The notes beneath the pieces are model-generated. The model was given only the letters and a program-made list of their open reading frames with translations. It did no database searches and was not told where the DNA came from. From IMG/VR virus record IMGVR_UViG_3300025711_000007, positions 15,785-79,784 of that record: DNA of 64,000 nucleotides; one strand, given 5' to 3'. Within the stretch, counting starts at the first letter, position 1; every line of letters starts with the position of its first letter. Positions 1-8,531 of the stretch are shown here, piece after piece. This DNA comes from a virus. The position numbers were made by a program, and so were the translations under genes.

Positions 1-2
1 CC

Positions 3-395
3 AGGCTCGGCCCGTGGTGGATCGCGTACGGCCACCGCATGTGCGACAGCATCGAGCGGGTCGGCATGCTCTCCAGGAACGGAGGGCTGGACGCCGCCGG
101 CCGCCGCGTCTACCCGCTGCGGGTGTGGAACGAGGCATCCGTGATGGCGTACCTGCGCGCGCGGAAGATCCCGCCGCCGCCCCGGCTGACGATCCTCAAG
201 AGGTCGATGACGGGCGTCTCGTTCCAGGAGGACGTGCTGATCGCGATCCGCGACAGCTACCCGGACGACTTCGAGAAGATCGTCGAGAAGTTCCCGTACC
301 TGCCGGCGAAGCTGGTCAGGTACGAGCTGAAGAGGAAGACATGGAAGCAGAGCACGTACGTCGACAAGTGGCGGACGTCTCTCAAGGACAGATGA
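3..395 (+). CDS. PAPS reductase-family protein, C-terminal part (5' truncated by window)
   Basis: Frame open from window start; GHRMCDSIER (G-x-R-x-x-D/E-S-x-x-R) and YPLRVWNEASVMAYL motifs; ATGA-coupled to ParB gene. Confidence 0.75.
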   Translation, partial: RLGPWWIAYGHRMCDSIERVGMLSRNGGLDAAGRRVYPLRVWNEASVMAYLRARKIPPPPRLTILKRSMTGVSFQEDVLIAIRDSYPDDFEKIVEKFPYLPAKLVRYELKRKTWKQSTYVDKWRTSLKDR

Positions 396-1360
396 TGAAG
401 AAGCAGGCGACAGGAGGCGGCAGCCTCCACCCAGCGCAGAAGTTCGTCGTCGCGCGCGTCCACCGCGAGAAGATCAAGAATGCGCCGTACAACCCGCGAC
501 AGATCGACGACCACGCGAGGAAGAAGCTCAGCAACAACATCAAGAAGAAGGGGTTGCTGGACGCGCTCGTCTGGAACAAGCGGACAGGTAACCTCGTGTC
601 GGGGCACCAGCGGTTGAGCATCCTGGACGACCTCAGCAAGACGGGAGTCAGCTACGCGATAGACGTCGCGGTGGTCGACCTGTCGGAGCGCGAGGAGAAG
701 GAGCAGAACCTGTTCTTCAACAACCCGAGCGCTCAAGGTGACTACGACGTCGATAAGCTCGGGAAGATGATAGTAAACGACGAAGTCGACTACAAGTTGT
801 CGGGGTTCGACGACATGGACCTGCAGATGCGGTTCGAGGGCACCGACTACGCGGTGACGATGTTCGACGACGACAAGGCGCCGCAGTCGGTGCAGGACGA
901 CCTGGAGCAGCTGGAGGAGATCCAGCGCATGAAGCGCGAGCGGAAGGCGCACCGCGACCGCGACCAGGACGCCAACGACCCGGAGTTCTACGCGGTGGTC
1001 GTGTTTCCGGACCGCGACGCGCAGGGGCAGTTCATGGAGCGCGTCGGCATGGACAGGAACGCCCGCTACGTGGACGGGGCTCGCCTCCACACGTCGCTGG
1101 AGGCGGCGAAGCCGCGGACCAAGACGTACGACGGCGAGCCGTTCGAGGAGATGACGTTCTGGGTCGCCAGGGACCAGAAGCAGGTGATCGAGGACGAGCT
1201 GACGCGCATCGCGGCGCTGATGCGAGGGAAGAACCTGCGGGGCCGCGCGCTGGAGGCGATGGCGGTGATATCGTCGCAGACGTCGACGGACAACATCATG
1301 GGTGAGGAGCCGGAAGCTCGACCCGAACCCAAGCCGAGGAAGAGGAGATCAGATGCCTGA
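392..1360 (+). CDS. ParB/Sulfiredoxin N-terminal domain protein
   Basis: PYNPRQI...LVWNKRTGNLVSGHQRL motif; ATG 392 overlaps upstream stop (the 14 start in the ORF track is a shadow extension). Confidence 0.85.
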   Translation: MMKKQATGGGSLHPAQKFVVARVHREKIKNAPYNPRQIDDHARKKLSNNIKKKGLLDALVWNKRTGNLVSGHQRLSILDDLSKTGVSYAIDVAVVDLSEREEKEQNLFFNNPSAQGDYDVDKLGKMIVNDEVDYKLSGFDDMDLQMRFEGTDYAVTMFDDDKAPQSVQDDLEQLEEIQRMKRERKAHRDRDQDANDPEFYAVVVFPDRDAQGQFMERVGMDRNARYVDGARLHTSLEAAKPRTKTYDGEPFEEMTFWVARDQKQVIEDELTRIAALMRGKNLRGRALEAMAVISSQTSTDNIMGEEPEARPEPKPRKRRSDA

Positions 1361-1679
1361 AGACGTCGAGGATCACGTGGCGATGATGTTCCACGGGCTC
1401 GTGTCCGACCTCCAGCATAACGACGTCGCGGCGTTCGAGCGGGAGCAGGCGCGCCAGGCCGCCGCGCGCGCCGAGCTGCGCAAGCGGACCCCGAATCAGG
1501 GCCTCAACGCGGGCGAGCTGCTGAAGCAGCTCGACGGTGACCCCGCGGCGGCGGACCGCCGGGTCCAGAGCGAACTGGACCGCATCGACCGCGAGTCCAA
1601 GGCAGCCGCGGAGAAGAACAAGAGCAAGGTCGCGCCGTTGCCAGAAGGGCACTTCCCACCCCCGCCCGAGAGCGAGTAG
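1353..1679 (+). CDS. Hypothetical protein
   Basis: AGGAG upstream of ATG 1353; helical, charged sequence. Confidence 0.7.
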   Translation: MPEDVEDHVAMMFHGLVSDLQHNDVAAFEREQARQAAARAELRKRTPNQGLNAGELLKQLDGDPAAADRRVQSELDRIDRESKAAAEKNKSKVAPLPEGHFPPPPESE

Positions 1680-1688
1680 GCTGTCGCG

Positions 1689-1856
1689 ATGAAGCCGCAG
1701 CGCTACACGTGCTCTCAGTGCGGGTGCTCTTGGCTCGCTGCCGCCGGCCAGGGCGCTCGGTGCCCCAACGGGTGCGACGTCGTCGCGAAATCGGAGGGCG
1801 AGTTCACGATGAAGACGTTCCAGGGCGGCGACGACCTGAAGAAGGGGCTCCGCTGA
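1689..1856 (+). CDS. Small Zn-ribbon-like protein (55 aa, absent from ORF track)
   Basis: MKPQRYTCSQCGCSWLAAAGQGARCPNGCDVVAKS...; fills the gap between neighbouring genes. Confidence 0.65.
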   Translation: MKPQRYTCSQCGCSWLAAAGQGARCPNGCDVVAKSEGEFTMKTFQGGDDLKKGLR

Positions 1857-1860
1857 AGCC

Positions 1861-2292
1861 GTGCGGGTGTTCGGGACCACGCGGATGATCTGCACGCTGG
1901 ACGCCGACCAGCTGCAGAAGGCGTTCGACCAGGAGGTGACGTTCGACGACACCGACCCGGCCACGGCGGCGCACACCCAGTCGGGTTTCGTCACGCTCGC
2001 CGCCTCCGCGTCGAGCCAGCCGTTCTCGTTCGGCAGCGTCACCGCGGCGTCGACGGTCCTGGTGATCGCGTACGACCCGGTCCAGGTGCAGCTCAACGGC
2101 AACGCCGCGCCGCTCGTCGACGTTACTCCGGTGCCGGCGAGCGCCGCGACCGCGGTCACCTCGGTCTACCAGCGGCAGGACCAGCCGGGGCACCTGAGCC
2201 TGCGCGGCAAGGTCACGAGCCTCCACCTGACCAACCCGAGCAGCACGGAGACGGCTCGCGTGTTCGTCGCCGTCGTGGGCGACGCGGCGTAG
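1861..2292 (+). CDS. Putative virion beta-sandwich protein
   Basis: Thr/Ala/Val-rich beta pattern; resembles 46411..46863. Confidence 0.6.
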   Translation: MRVFGTTRMICTLDADQLQKAFDQEVTFDDTDPATAAHTQSGFVTLAASASSQPFSFGSVTAASTVLVIAYDPVQVQLNGNAAPLVDVTPVPASAATAVTSVYQRQDQPGHLSLRGKVTSLHLTNPSSTETARVFVAVVGDAA

Positions 2293-2295
2293 CGC

Positions 2296-2325
2296 TGGAC
2301 GCCCGCGCGAGGTGACTGGTATGCT
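2296..2325 (+). promoter_or_regulatory. Sigma70-type promoter, probably leaderless
   Basis: TGGACG-N18-TATGCT with extended -10 TG; ATG 6 nt after -10; no SD. Confidence 0.55.
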
Positions 2326-2331
2326 GGCTGC

Positions 2332-3087
2332 ATGTCAGCGGGAACCGTAATCTCCGGGGGTTTCCCCGGGCGTGTCGCGCAGGAAGTCCAGCCCAACCAA
2401 AAGTGCGAGGGCTGTCTCCACTACGACGGCCAGGCGGGGAGGACCGGGGCATGCACGATCGGGTCTCGCCCATGGTTGTGTGGGGACGGCGGTGCCCAGG
2501 ACGTCGGCTACGCGCCGATCGCTGCCGGCGCGGGCAGCTACCTGCCGGACATGAGCAACCACGGCGCGCACGCGCCGGAGGTCGACGGGCAGCACTCGTC
2601 GGACCTGCACGGGGTCGGGTCGACGAGGCCGGTCGTGTTCCGGCAGGTGTCGCTCGGCGAGGAGCACGTCCACCTCGTCAAGAGCATGGTCGAGCAGCAC
2701 GGCAGGATCCAGAAGTCGCAGTGCAGGTTGTGCTCGCTGGCGGGCGCGCGCGGCGCGTCGTCGGCGAACCACGAGTTCCAGACGTGCACCTGTGCCGCTC
2801 TCGACGCCGGCGTGGTCGCCAAGGCGATCGTCCAGCGGATGAGCAACGCGCAGCGCGTCGGTGTTCGGTTGGACGACGTCGCGCAGTGGGTGCGTGACGT
2901 GGCGAAAGCTGGGTTCCGGTTGCCTGTCCCGGACAAGGCACGCAGCTTGGGGTCTCACGTCGTCGACGACCAGACCGATCGCGGGCCGAAGAAGGGACCG
3001 AAGAGGTCGATCTCCGACCAGGTCCGGATCGACGACAGCGGGGGCCACCTCCGCCCGTCGTCGAAGTCGCCCGCGAAAGCACGGTGA
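2332..3087 (+). CDS. Hypothetical Cys-rich head-module protein
   Basis: CEGC...C...C and CRLC motifs; LVKS/IQKS/VAKA motifs; immediately upstream of portal. Confidence 0.7.
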   Translation: MSAGTVISGGFPGRVAQEVQPNQKCEGCLHYDGQAGRTGACTIGSRPWLCGDGGAQDVGYAPIAAGAGSYLPDMSNHGAHAPEVDGQHSSDLHGVGSTRPVVFRQVSLGEEHVHLVKSMVEQHGRIQKSQCRLCSLAGARGASSANHEFQTCTCAALDAGVVAKAIVQRMSNAQRVGVRLDDVAQWVRDVAKAGFRLPVPDKARSLGSHVVDDQTDRGPKKGPKRSISDQVRIDDSGGHLRPSSKSPAKAR

Positions 3088-3090
3088 TCT

Positions 3091-4827
3091 ATGGTCGACG
3101 AGCAGGTGGTCGCCTCGCAGCAGGCTGCGCTGCCGGCTGACATCCAGAAGGCGGTCGCGGCGGCGTTCGAGGAACTCCGCGAGCGGGCGTGGTCGAACGA
3201 GTCTGCGGTGGCGAAGGCCAGCGCCGCGCCGAACGACAACCAGCCGAAGTCGTGGTTCGCCGACCCGTTCGCGCTGCTGGACTCGGTCGGCATGGGGTAC
3301 CGCAACGCGCCGACGTACCTGACGTACGACACCCTGCGCCAGGTGGCCGAGCGCGACACCTACGTCGCGCCGATCATATTGACGCGGATCGACCAGATCA
3401 ACACGTTCGCTAGGCTGCAGCCGAACAAGTATTCCGTCGGGTTCTTGATTCGCCCGCGATTCGGCGACAAGAAGCGCATGTTGTCGCGCAGCGAGAAGGA
3501 GCGGACCGAGCACCTGGCGATGATGGTGCTCAACACGGGGATCGAGTACAACCTCGGCCGCGACGGGCTCAGGCAGTTCATATCGAAGTTCGTGCGCGAC
3601 TCGCTGACCTATGACCAGGGGTGCTTCGAGAGCATCCGAACGCGGTCCGGAGGTGTCCACTCGTTCCACGCGGTGGACAGCGCGACGATCCGGACGACGA
3701 CCCCGAAGCAGATGAAGGGGACACCTCCCCGGATCAACGACCTCAAGAAGGACATCCGCTACGTCCAGGTCATCAACTCGTCGATCACGGCGGAGTTCAC
3801 CATCGACGAGATGGCGTTCTGCGTCCGCAACCCGAGGTCGAACGTCAAGACGTACGGGTACGGGCTGCCCGAGATCGAGACGCTGATAACGACGATCACC
3901 AGCCACCTGTGGGCCGAGGAGTGGAACCGCCGGATGTTCTCGCAGGGGAGCACCGTGAAGGGTTTGCTCAACGTCAAGGGCAACTTGCCTCCCGTCCAGT
4001 TCGAGGCGTTCAAGCGGATGTGGCACTCGCAGGTCGCGGGGGTCCAGAACGCGTGGAAGACACCGATGCTCAACTCGGAGGAGGTGCAGTGGGTCCCGCT
4101 GCAGCTCAGCAACACCGAGATGGGCTACCAGATGTGGATGGACTACCTCTGCAAGATCACCTGCGCGTTGTTCCGGATCGACCCGGCTGAGATTAACTTC
4201 GACCTTCGGGGCGGCGTGGGCGCGGCGCCGGTGTTCATGTCCACGAACGAGGCGCAGCAGAAGGCGAGCAAGGATCGCGGACTGCAGCCGCTGCTCGACT
4301 TCGTCGCGGACGCCATCAATCGTCACATCGTCTGGAAGATCGACCCGCGATTCGAGTTCGCGTTCATCGGCCTCGACGCGAAGACCGAGGAGCAGGCCAT
4401 GCAGCTCCGCCAGCAGCAGGCCCAGTCGCACCTCAAGTTGAACGAGGTGCGCGCGATGGACGACCTGCCGCCTGTCGAGTACGGCGACGTCGTGCTCAAC
4501 CCGGTCTACATCGGGTATCGGACCCAGATGATGATGGCACAGCAGCAAGCGCAGCAGCCGGGGCAGCCAGGTCAGCCCGGCCAAGACGGGCCGCCGCCCC
4601 GGTTCACGCAGCCGCCGGGGGACGAGGAGGAGCACGGCGCTGACCAGATCCGGCAGTTCGCCGAGGACAAGCCGGGCCGGGCGGCGTCTTCCGACGAGGG
4701 GTCCGGTCCGTCTCCGCGCGTGCTGTCGCGCCTGCACATCGACGACTGGGACTCCGTGGTCAGCCACTCGATCAGGAGCGACGACCTCGCGAAGGCCGAG
4801 GTGTACGACGTCATCGACATCGACTAG
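3091..4827 (+). CDS. Portal protein
   Basis: VRDSLTYDQ, FHAVDSATIR, VRNPRS..YGYGLPEIE, FRIDPAEINF, SKDRGLQPLL, LNEVRA motifs as in A511/Twort-type portals; Q/P/G-rich tail. Confidence 0.93.
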   Translation: MVDEQVVASQQAALPADIQKAVAAAFEELRERAWSNESAVAKASAAPNDNQPKSWFADPFALLDSVGMGYRNAPTYLTYDTLRQVAERDTYVAPIILTRIDQINTFARLQPNKYSVGFLIRPRFGDKKRMLSRSEKERTEHLAMMVLNTGIEYNLGRDGLRQFISKFVRDSLTYDQGCFESIRTRSGGVHSFHAVDSATIRTTTPKQMKGTPPRINDLKKDIRYVQVINSSITAEFTIDEMAFCVRNPRSNVKTYGYGLPEIETLITTITSHLWAEEWNRRMFSQGSTVKGLLNVKGNLPPVQFEAFKRMWHSQVAGVQNAWKTPMLNSEEVQWVPLQLSNTEMGYQMWMDYLCKITCALFRIDPAEINFDLRGGVGAAPVFMSTNEAQQKASKDRGLQPLLDFVADAINRHIVWKIDPRFEFAFIGLDAKTEEQAMQLRQQQAQSHLKLNEVRAMDDLPPVEYGDVVLNPVYIGYRTQMMMAQQQAQQPGQPGQPGQDGPPPRFTQPPGDEEEHGADQIRQFAEDKPGRAASSDEGSGPSPRVLSRLHIDDWDSVVSHSIRSDDLAKAEVYDVIDID

Positions 4828-4837
4828 GATCGCCGGG

Positions 4838-6760
4838 GTGAGCGTTTCGACCCCCTACCAGTTCGCGAAGCGCGGCAACTTGTTCATCATTCCGGTCGGG
4901 CCGTCGATCGACGAGGTCCCGTACCCGGCGCAGTCGTTCACCAAGCCGCCGCCGGCGAACTCGCTGTGGGTGAATGGTCGGATCCAGGAGACCGGGCTCC
5001 ACCACGACCACGCGCGCATGTCGACGCACCTCTACCGCGAGGTCAGGGACGACCTCACGCGCTACTCGCCCGTCGAGGTCACGAGATCGGCTTTCTGCCG
5101 CTCCCACCACGCGTACGTCGGGGTCATCGACTCCCGAGGGGTTCCCTACTACTTCGCGCTCGACTCGCGCGGCGTGTCGGTGCGCGCGGCTGACTCGGAA
5201 GAGGCGGCGTGGAAGGCGTTCGACCGGATGTCGGACGGGGAGCACGCGGAAGCCGTGCGCCAGCGCCGCGCGGAGTCCGCCGAAGAGGTGAGGCGAAGCG
5301 GCGGAACAAGCCTCGTGATAACCAAAGGACTTAAGTACGGCAAGAAGACTGAGTGGAAGCACAACGTGCCGCACTCCACATGGTGGAGGAAGCTACCTAA
5401 GACCGAAGCGAGAGATGACCAAGGTGGTGATGACGATCACGACTTGGCCGACGCGCATACAGCGAACCCCAAGAAGGCAAAAACTTCCCAAACGAGCAGG
5501 TGGCGAGCTAAGTATCCGGGAGGGAAAGTAGACAAGATGACGACGAACAAATCAGAGATTCCACTCGTCGTCATCTCGGCCGTAGCGGCGGATGCGGGTG
5601 ATCGCTCTGCTGGAGTCGATCCCGCGACGTACGCTGGCCTGAAGTACGCCGCTCTGATGCGACGGCTTGGAGCTGACCTCTGCGAAGACGAGGATCTGGA
5701 TCCGCCCGTACCTGCCGATGAGCGCTTCTTGGACGTAGCCGTCGTCAAGGCGCTCCCGAAGAAGCCGAAGGTCGACGAGGTCAAGAAGACGCCGGCTCGG
5801 TCAGCGTCGAAGAAGCAAGCAGGCGCCGGCGGCAAGACGCGGTACACGTACCTGAGCGAGAAGAAGTCAGGAGCAGGTAACCAGGTGCCGCTCGTCATCG
5901 CGCACGATGACCACAAGCACGCCGATCCGTTCGAGCTCGCCAACCAGCTCGGGGTGTCAGTGCGGACGCTGCAGGCCGCGGCGCGCCGGTTGGGGCGTTC
6001 CGGGTTCGCCACGTTCATGCGGTCGCGCCTCAAGCGGTTCGCCGCGAAGCATCGTTTGGATCCTGACTACTGGAACACGCTGTACGTGTCGTTGGAGTCG
6101 GGAGATGTCGACGTCAAGAAGAGTGAGAACGTCGACCTGAAGAAGTTCGGAGATGATGCAAAGAAGGTCGCGTCATCCGTACCAGAAAGCCACGTCGGGA
6201 GGTTTCACGGGAGCGACAAGGTGTTCATCCATCACGTGCATCACGAGATGAAGCGCCGTGGGATGTATTCTGGTGGGTTGGACGAGTTCAAGAACCATCT
6301 AGTAGAAGCGCAACATAAGAGACATGTTAACTTGTCTCGAGCTGACCTAGTCGGCGCGATGGATCCGAAGCACGTGTCGCAATCTGAGACTCATGCTAAC
6401 GGAGCTAGCTTCCACTTCGTTAATGCTGGGCACAACCCGCACGCAGCTAAAGAACTAGATCACGCGCACGCGCCGCAGAGTGCTGGACACGCTGCGACAG
6501 ATAAAATGAAGACGACGCGAGCGAAGCCGCATAAGAGCATCCATCATGAAGTGGCAGGTGTGTTGTCGCAAGAAGCACGCGATGCAACTAAGCACGCGAC
6601 TAAAATAAATACTAAAGAAGCACATCTCGCGGCAATGACTGCACACCACCAGGCCGGAGCACAGCACCAGAAGGCATCCGGTGACGTGAACAACAAGACA
6701 GCGCTTAAGCACTTCGACCAATCGGTGTCTCACCTCAAGGCGTCGAAAGCGGCGAACTGA
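4838..6760 (+). CDS. Large modular head-associated protein (HTH-like segment, His-rich C-terminal module)
   Basis: 640-aa ORF after portal; ELANQLGVSVRTLQ HTH-like; mosaic GC content. Confidence 0.75.
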   Translation: MSVSTPYQFAKRGNLFIIPVGPSIDEVPYPAQSFTKPPPANSLWVNGRIQETGLHHDHARMSTHLYREVRDDLTRYSPVEVTRSAFCRSHHAYVGVIDSRGVPYYFALDSRGVSVRAADSEEAAWKAFDRMSDGEHAEAVRQRRAESAEEVRRSGGTSLVITKGLKYGKKTEWKHNVPHSTWWRKLPKTEARDDQGGDDDHDLADAHTANPKKAKTSQTSRWRAKYPGGKVDKMTTNKSEIPLVVISAVAADAGDRSAGVDPATYAGLKYAALMRRLGADLCEDEDLDPPVPADERFLDVAVVKALPKKPKVDEVKKTPARSASKKQAGAGGKTRYTYLSEKKSGAGNQVPLVIAHDDHKHADPFELANQLGVSVRTLQAAARRLGRSGFATFMRSRLKRFAAKHRLDPDYWNTLYVSLESGDVDVKKSENVDLKKFGDDAKKVASSVPESHVGRFHGSDKVFIHHVHHEMKRRGMYSGGLDEFKNHLVEAQHKRHVNLSRADLVGAMDPKHVSQSETHANGASFHFVNAGHNPHAAKELDHAHAPQSAGHAATDKMKTTRAKPHKSIHHEVAGVLSQEARDATKHATKINTKEAHLAAMTAHHQAGAQHQKASGDVNNKTALKHFDQSVSHLKASKAAN

Positions 6761-6780
6761 CGCCAGCCTGGCTGATGTCC

Positions 6781-6810
6781 TGTACGAAGCAGCCGCGGTG
6801 CTGGTAGGCT
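6781..6810 (+). promoter_or_regulatory. Candidate extended -10 promoter
   Basis: TGG-TAGGCT (6802-6810), ATG at 6819; no SD. Confidence 0.4.
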
Positions 6811-6818
6811 ATGCGTCG

Positions 6819-8528
6819 ATGCCGCGACAAGTCACGAAGGGCTTCCAGCTGGTCACGCTCGACGAGTGCTACCGCGACGTCGTGAAGGCGGACGGCGGAG
6901 CGGGTTCTCCGCGCCAGGTCAGCACTCCCGCTTCGCCGCCGCCGAGCACGTCGGACGTGGCGAGCCGCCCGAAGAAGTTCCCGCGTCGGCTGAAGCCGAC
7001 CGTGCGGATGAAGCCGATCAGCGACGCGGAGGCCATGGCTCACATCGCGAGCGGCACCTACAACCCGAACAAGCAGAAGTCGCTGCGCTGGCTCGTCGCG
7101 CTCAAGGCCCTCGCGACCGGGTACTCGAAGACGTCCGGGGGCGGGGCGCTCAAGGCGGCGAACCGTCGGAGCCGGGATCGGCCGAGCCGCCGGAGCTGGC
7201 GCACGGCTCCGTACCTCGGCCCCGACGGTCGGTACGGGAAGATGAGCGGCAAGGACCGCCGGCGGTCCCTGCGCCGAGCGATGGAGGCGATGTCGTCCCC
7301 CATCGGGTCGGCGAAGCCGCCGAGCGTGTACCTGCCGGGAGTCCACAACCCGAAGTCTCCGGTGCGTTCCGCGTCGGGGATCAAGAAGCCGAAGAAGCTG
7401 GCGGTCGCGAAGCCAGGCAGCTCAGGTAACAGCATGGGGAAGGCCGGCGAGACCGCCGCGGTGGGTCGCGGGAGTCGAGGCGGCGCTGTTGGGGCGATCA
7501 CCGGCGCCGCCGTGGGTCGGACCCTCAACGACGCGCGCCATGGCAACTCTCCTGGACGCGACGTGACGCGGTTCGGGATAACAACCGTGGCGTCTAAGCC
7601 ATCGAACATCTCAGCGAGCGAGCGCGAACGGATAAGCGCCAAACGTGCGGCGCGGATGGCAAAACAGACAGCCGAGAAGTCCAGCAATCTGGAGAGCAGC
7701 ATGGCGAAAGCGGAGCACAGCTTCGGTAGAGGGGACCTCGTCGTCCACAACGCGAGCGCGGACCCGAAGGCTCACGGGACCATCGGCGCCGTCGGTCCTC
7801 GCTCCACGGGCACACACATCCATCTCCGGACCGCGGGGTCTCCGCCTCGGATGGTCCACCACAGCGAGGTCCGCGCCGCGACCGCGGACGACATCAAGCA
7901 TCACCAGAGCACGGTGCACAAGCTCCACGGCCTCGGCTTCACCGACCAGGCGACCGCGAAAGGAATTTCCATGTCGACGACGAATTTCAACGACCTGTTC
8001 AAGTCGGAACTCGGTACGCCGGAAGACGAGGTCCTGACCGACTGCCCGCACTGCGAGGCGCCGATCACCAAGGGTGACCTCGAGAAGGCGCACAAAGGCA
8101 AGGGCAAGACGACGCACCAGACCGGACCGAAGCACGGGAAGTCCAGCGCGCACGTCCGGGACCACAATCCGGAGGGCGGGACGATGCGGGGCGGCGACGG
8201 GCGTGGCGTCCACACGTCGAGCCGAGGCGTCCCCGGCGCGAAGAAGACCGACGAGGTCCGCATGGTCGGCCAGGGGCGGCGCGTGTTGAAGGCGGACGAC
8301 GTGTCCGGAGAAGATGACCTGGATGACCGGACGAGCAAGGCCGAGGTCCCGCCGACCAAGGATGTCAACAAGTCCGTCATCACGATCCGAGGCACCGAGT
8401 ACGTGCAGTACGTCGACGACGGGTCGGATGGTCGGATCGCCAAGGCTATCGCCGAGGGAGCCATCGGCGGGACCTCCCCGACTCAACCGCTCGACCTGAA
8501 CAACGACCTCTCGCGGCTCCTGATCTGA
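6819..8528 (+). CDS. Basic low-complexity head-associated protein
   Basis: K/R/S/G/H-rich, CPHC motif, about a dozen x-x-K-[SAG] motifs; start could be 6798. Confidence 0.75.
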   Translation: MPRQVTKGFQLVTLDECYRDVVKADGGAGSPRQVSTPASPPPSTSDVASRPKKFPRRLKPTVRMKPISDAEAMAHIASGTYNPNKQKSLRWLVALKALATGYSKTSGGGALKAANRRSRDRPSRRSWRTAPYLGPDGRYGKMSGKDRRRSLRRAMEAMSSPIGSAKPPSVYLPGVHNPKSPVRSASGIKKPKKLAVAKPGSSGNSMGKAGETAAVGRGSRGGAVGAITGAAVGRTLNDARHGNSPGRDVTRFGITTVASKPSNISASERERISAKRAARMAKQTAEKSSNLESSMAKAEHSFGRGDLVVHNASADPKAHGTIGAVGPRSTGTHIHLRTAGSPPRMVHHSEVRAATADDIKHHQSTVHKLHGLGFTDQATAKGISMSTTNFNDLFKSELGTPEDEVLTDCPHCEAPITKGDLEKAHKGKGKTTHQTGPKHGKSSAHVRDHNPEGGTMRGGDGRGVHTSSRGVPGAKKTDEVRMVGQGRRVLKADDVSGEDDLDDRTSKAEVPPTKDVNKSVITIRGTEYVQYVDDGSDGRIAKAIAEGAIGGTSPTQPLDLNNDLSRLLI

Positions 8529-8531
8529 CGC

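Noticed and set aside
14-391. N-terminal extension of the ParB ORF, and similar Arg-rich extensions on ORFs 10162, 15110, 22022, 28072 and 30069
   Set aside because: They overlap the real upstream genes in another frame; coupled or SD-supported downstream starts fit better
1-3090. Missing terminase next to the portal
   Set aside because: Probably lies outside the window; absence cannot be concluded from this segment
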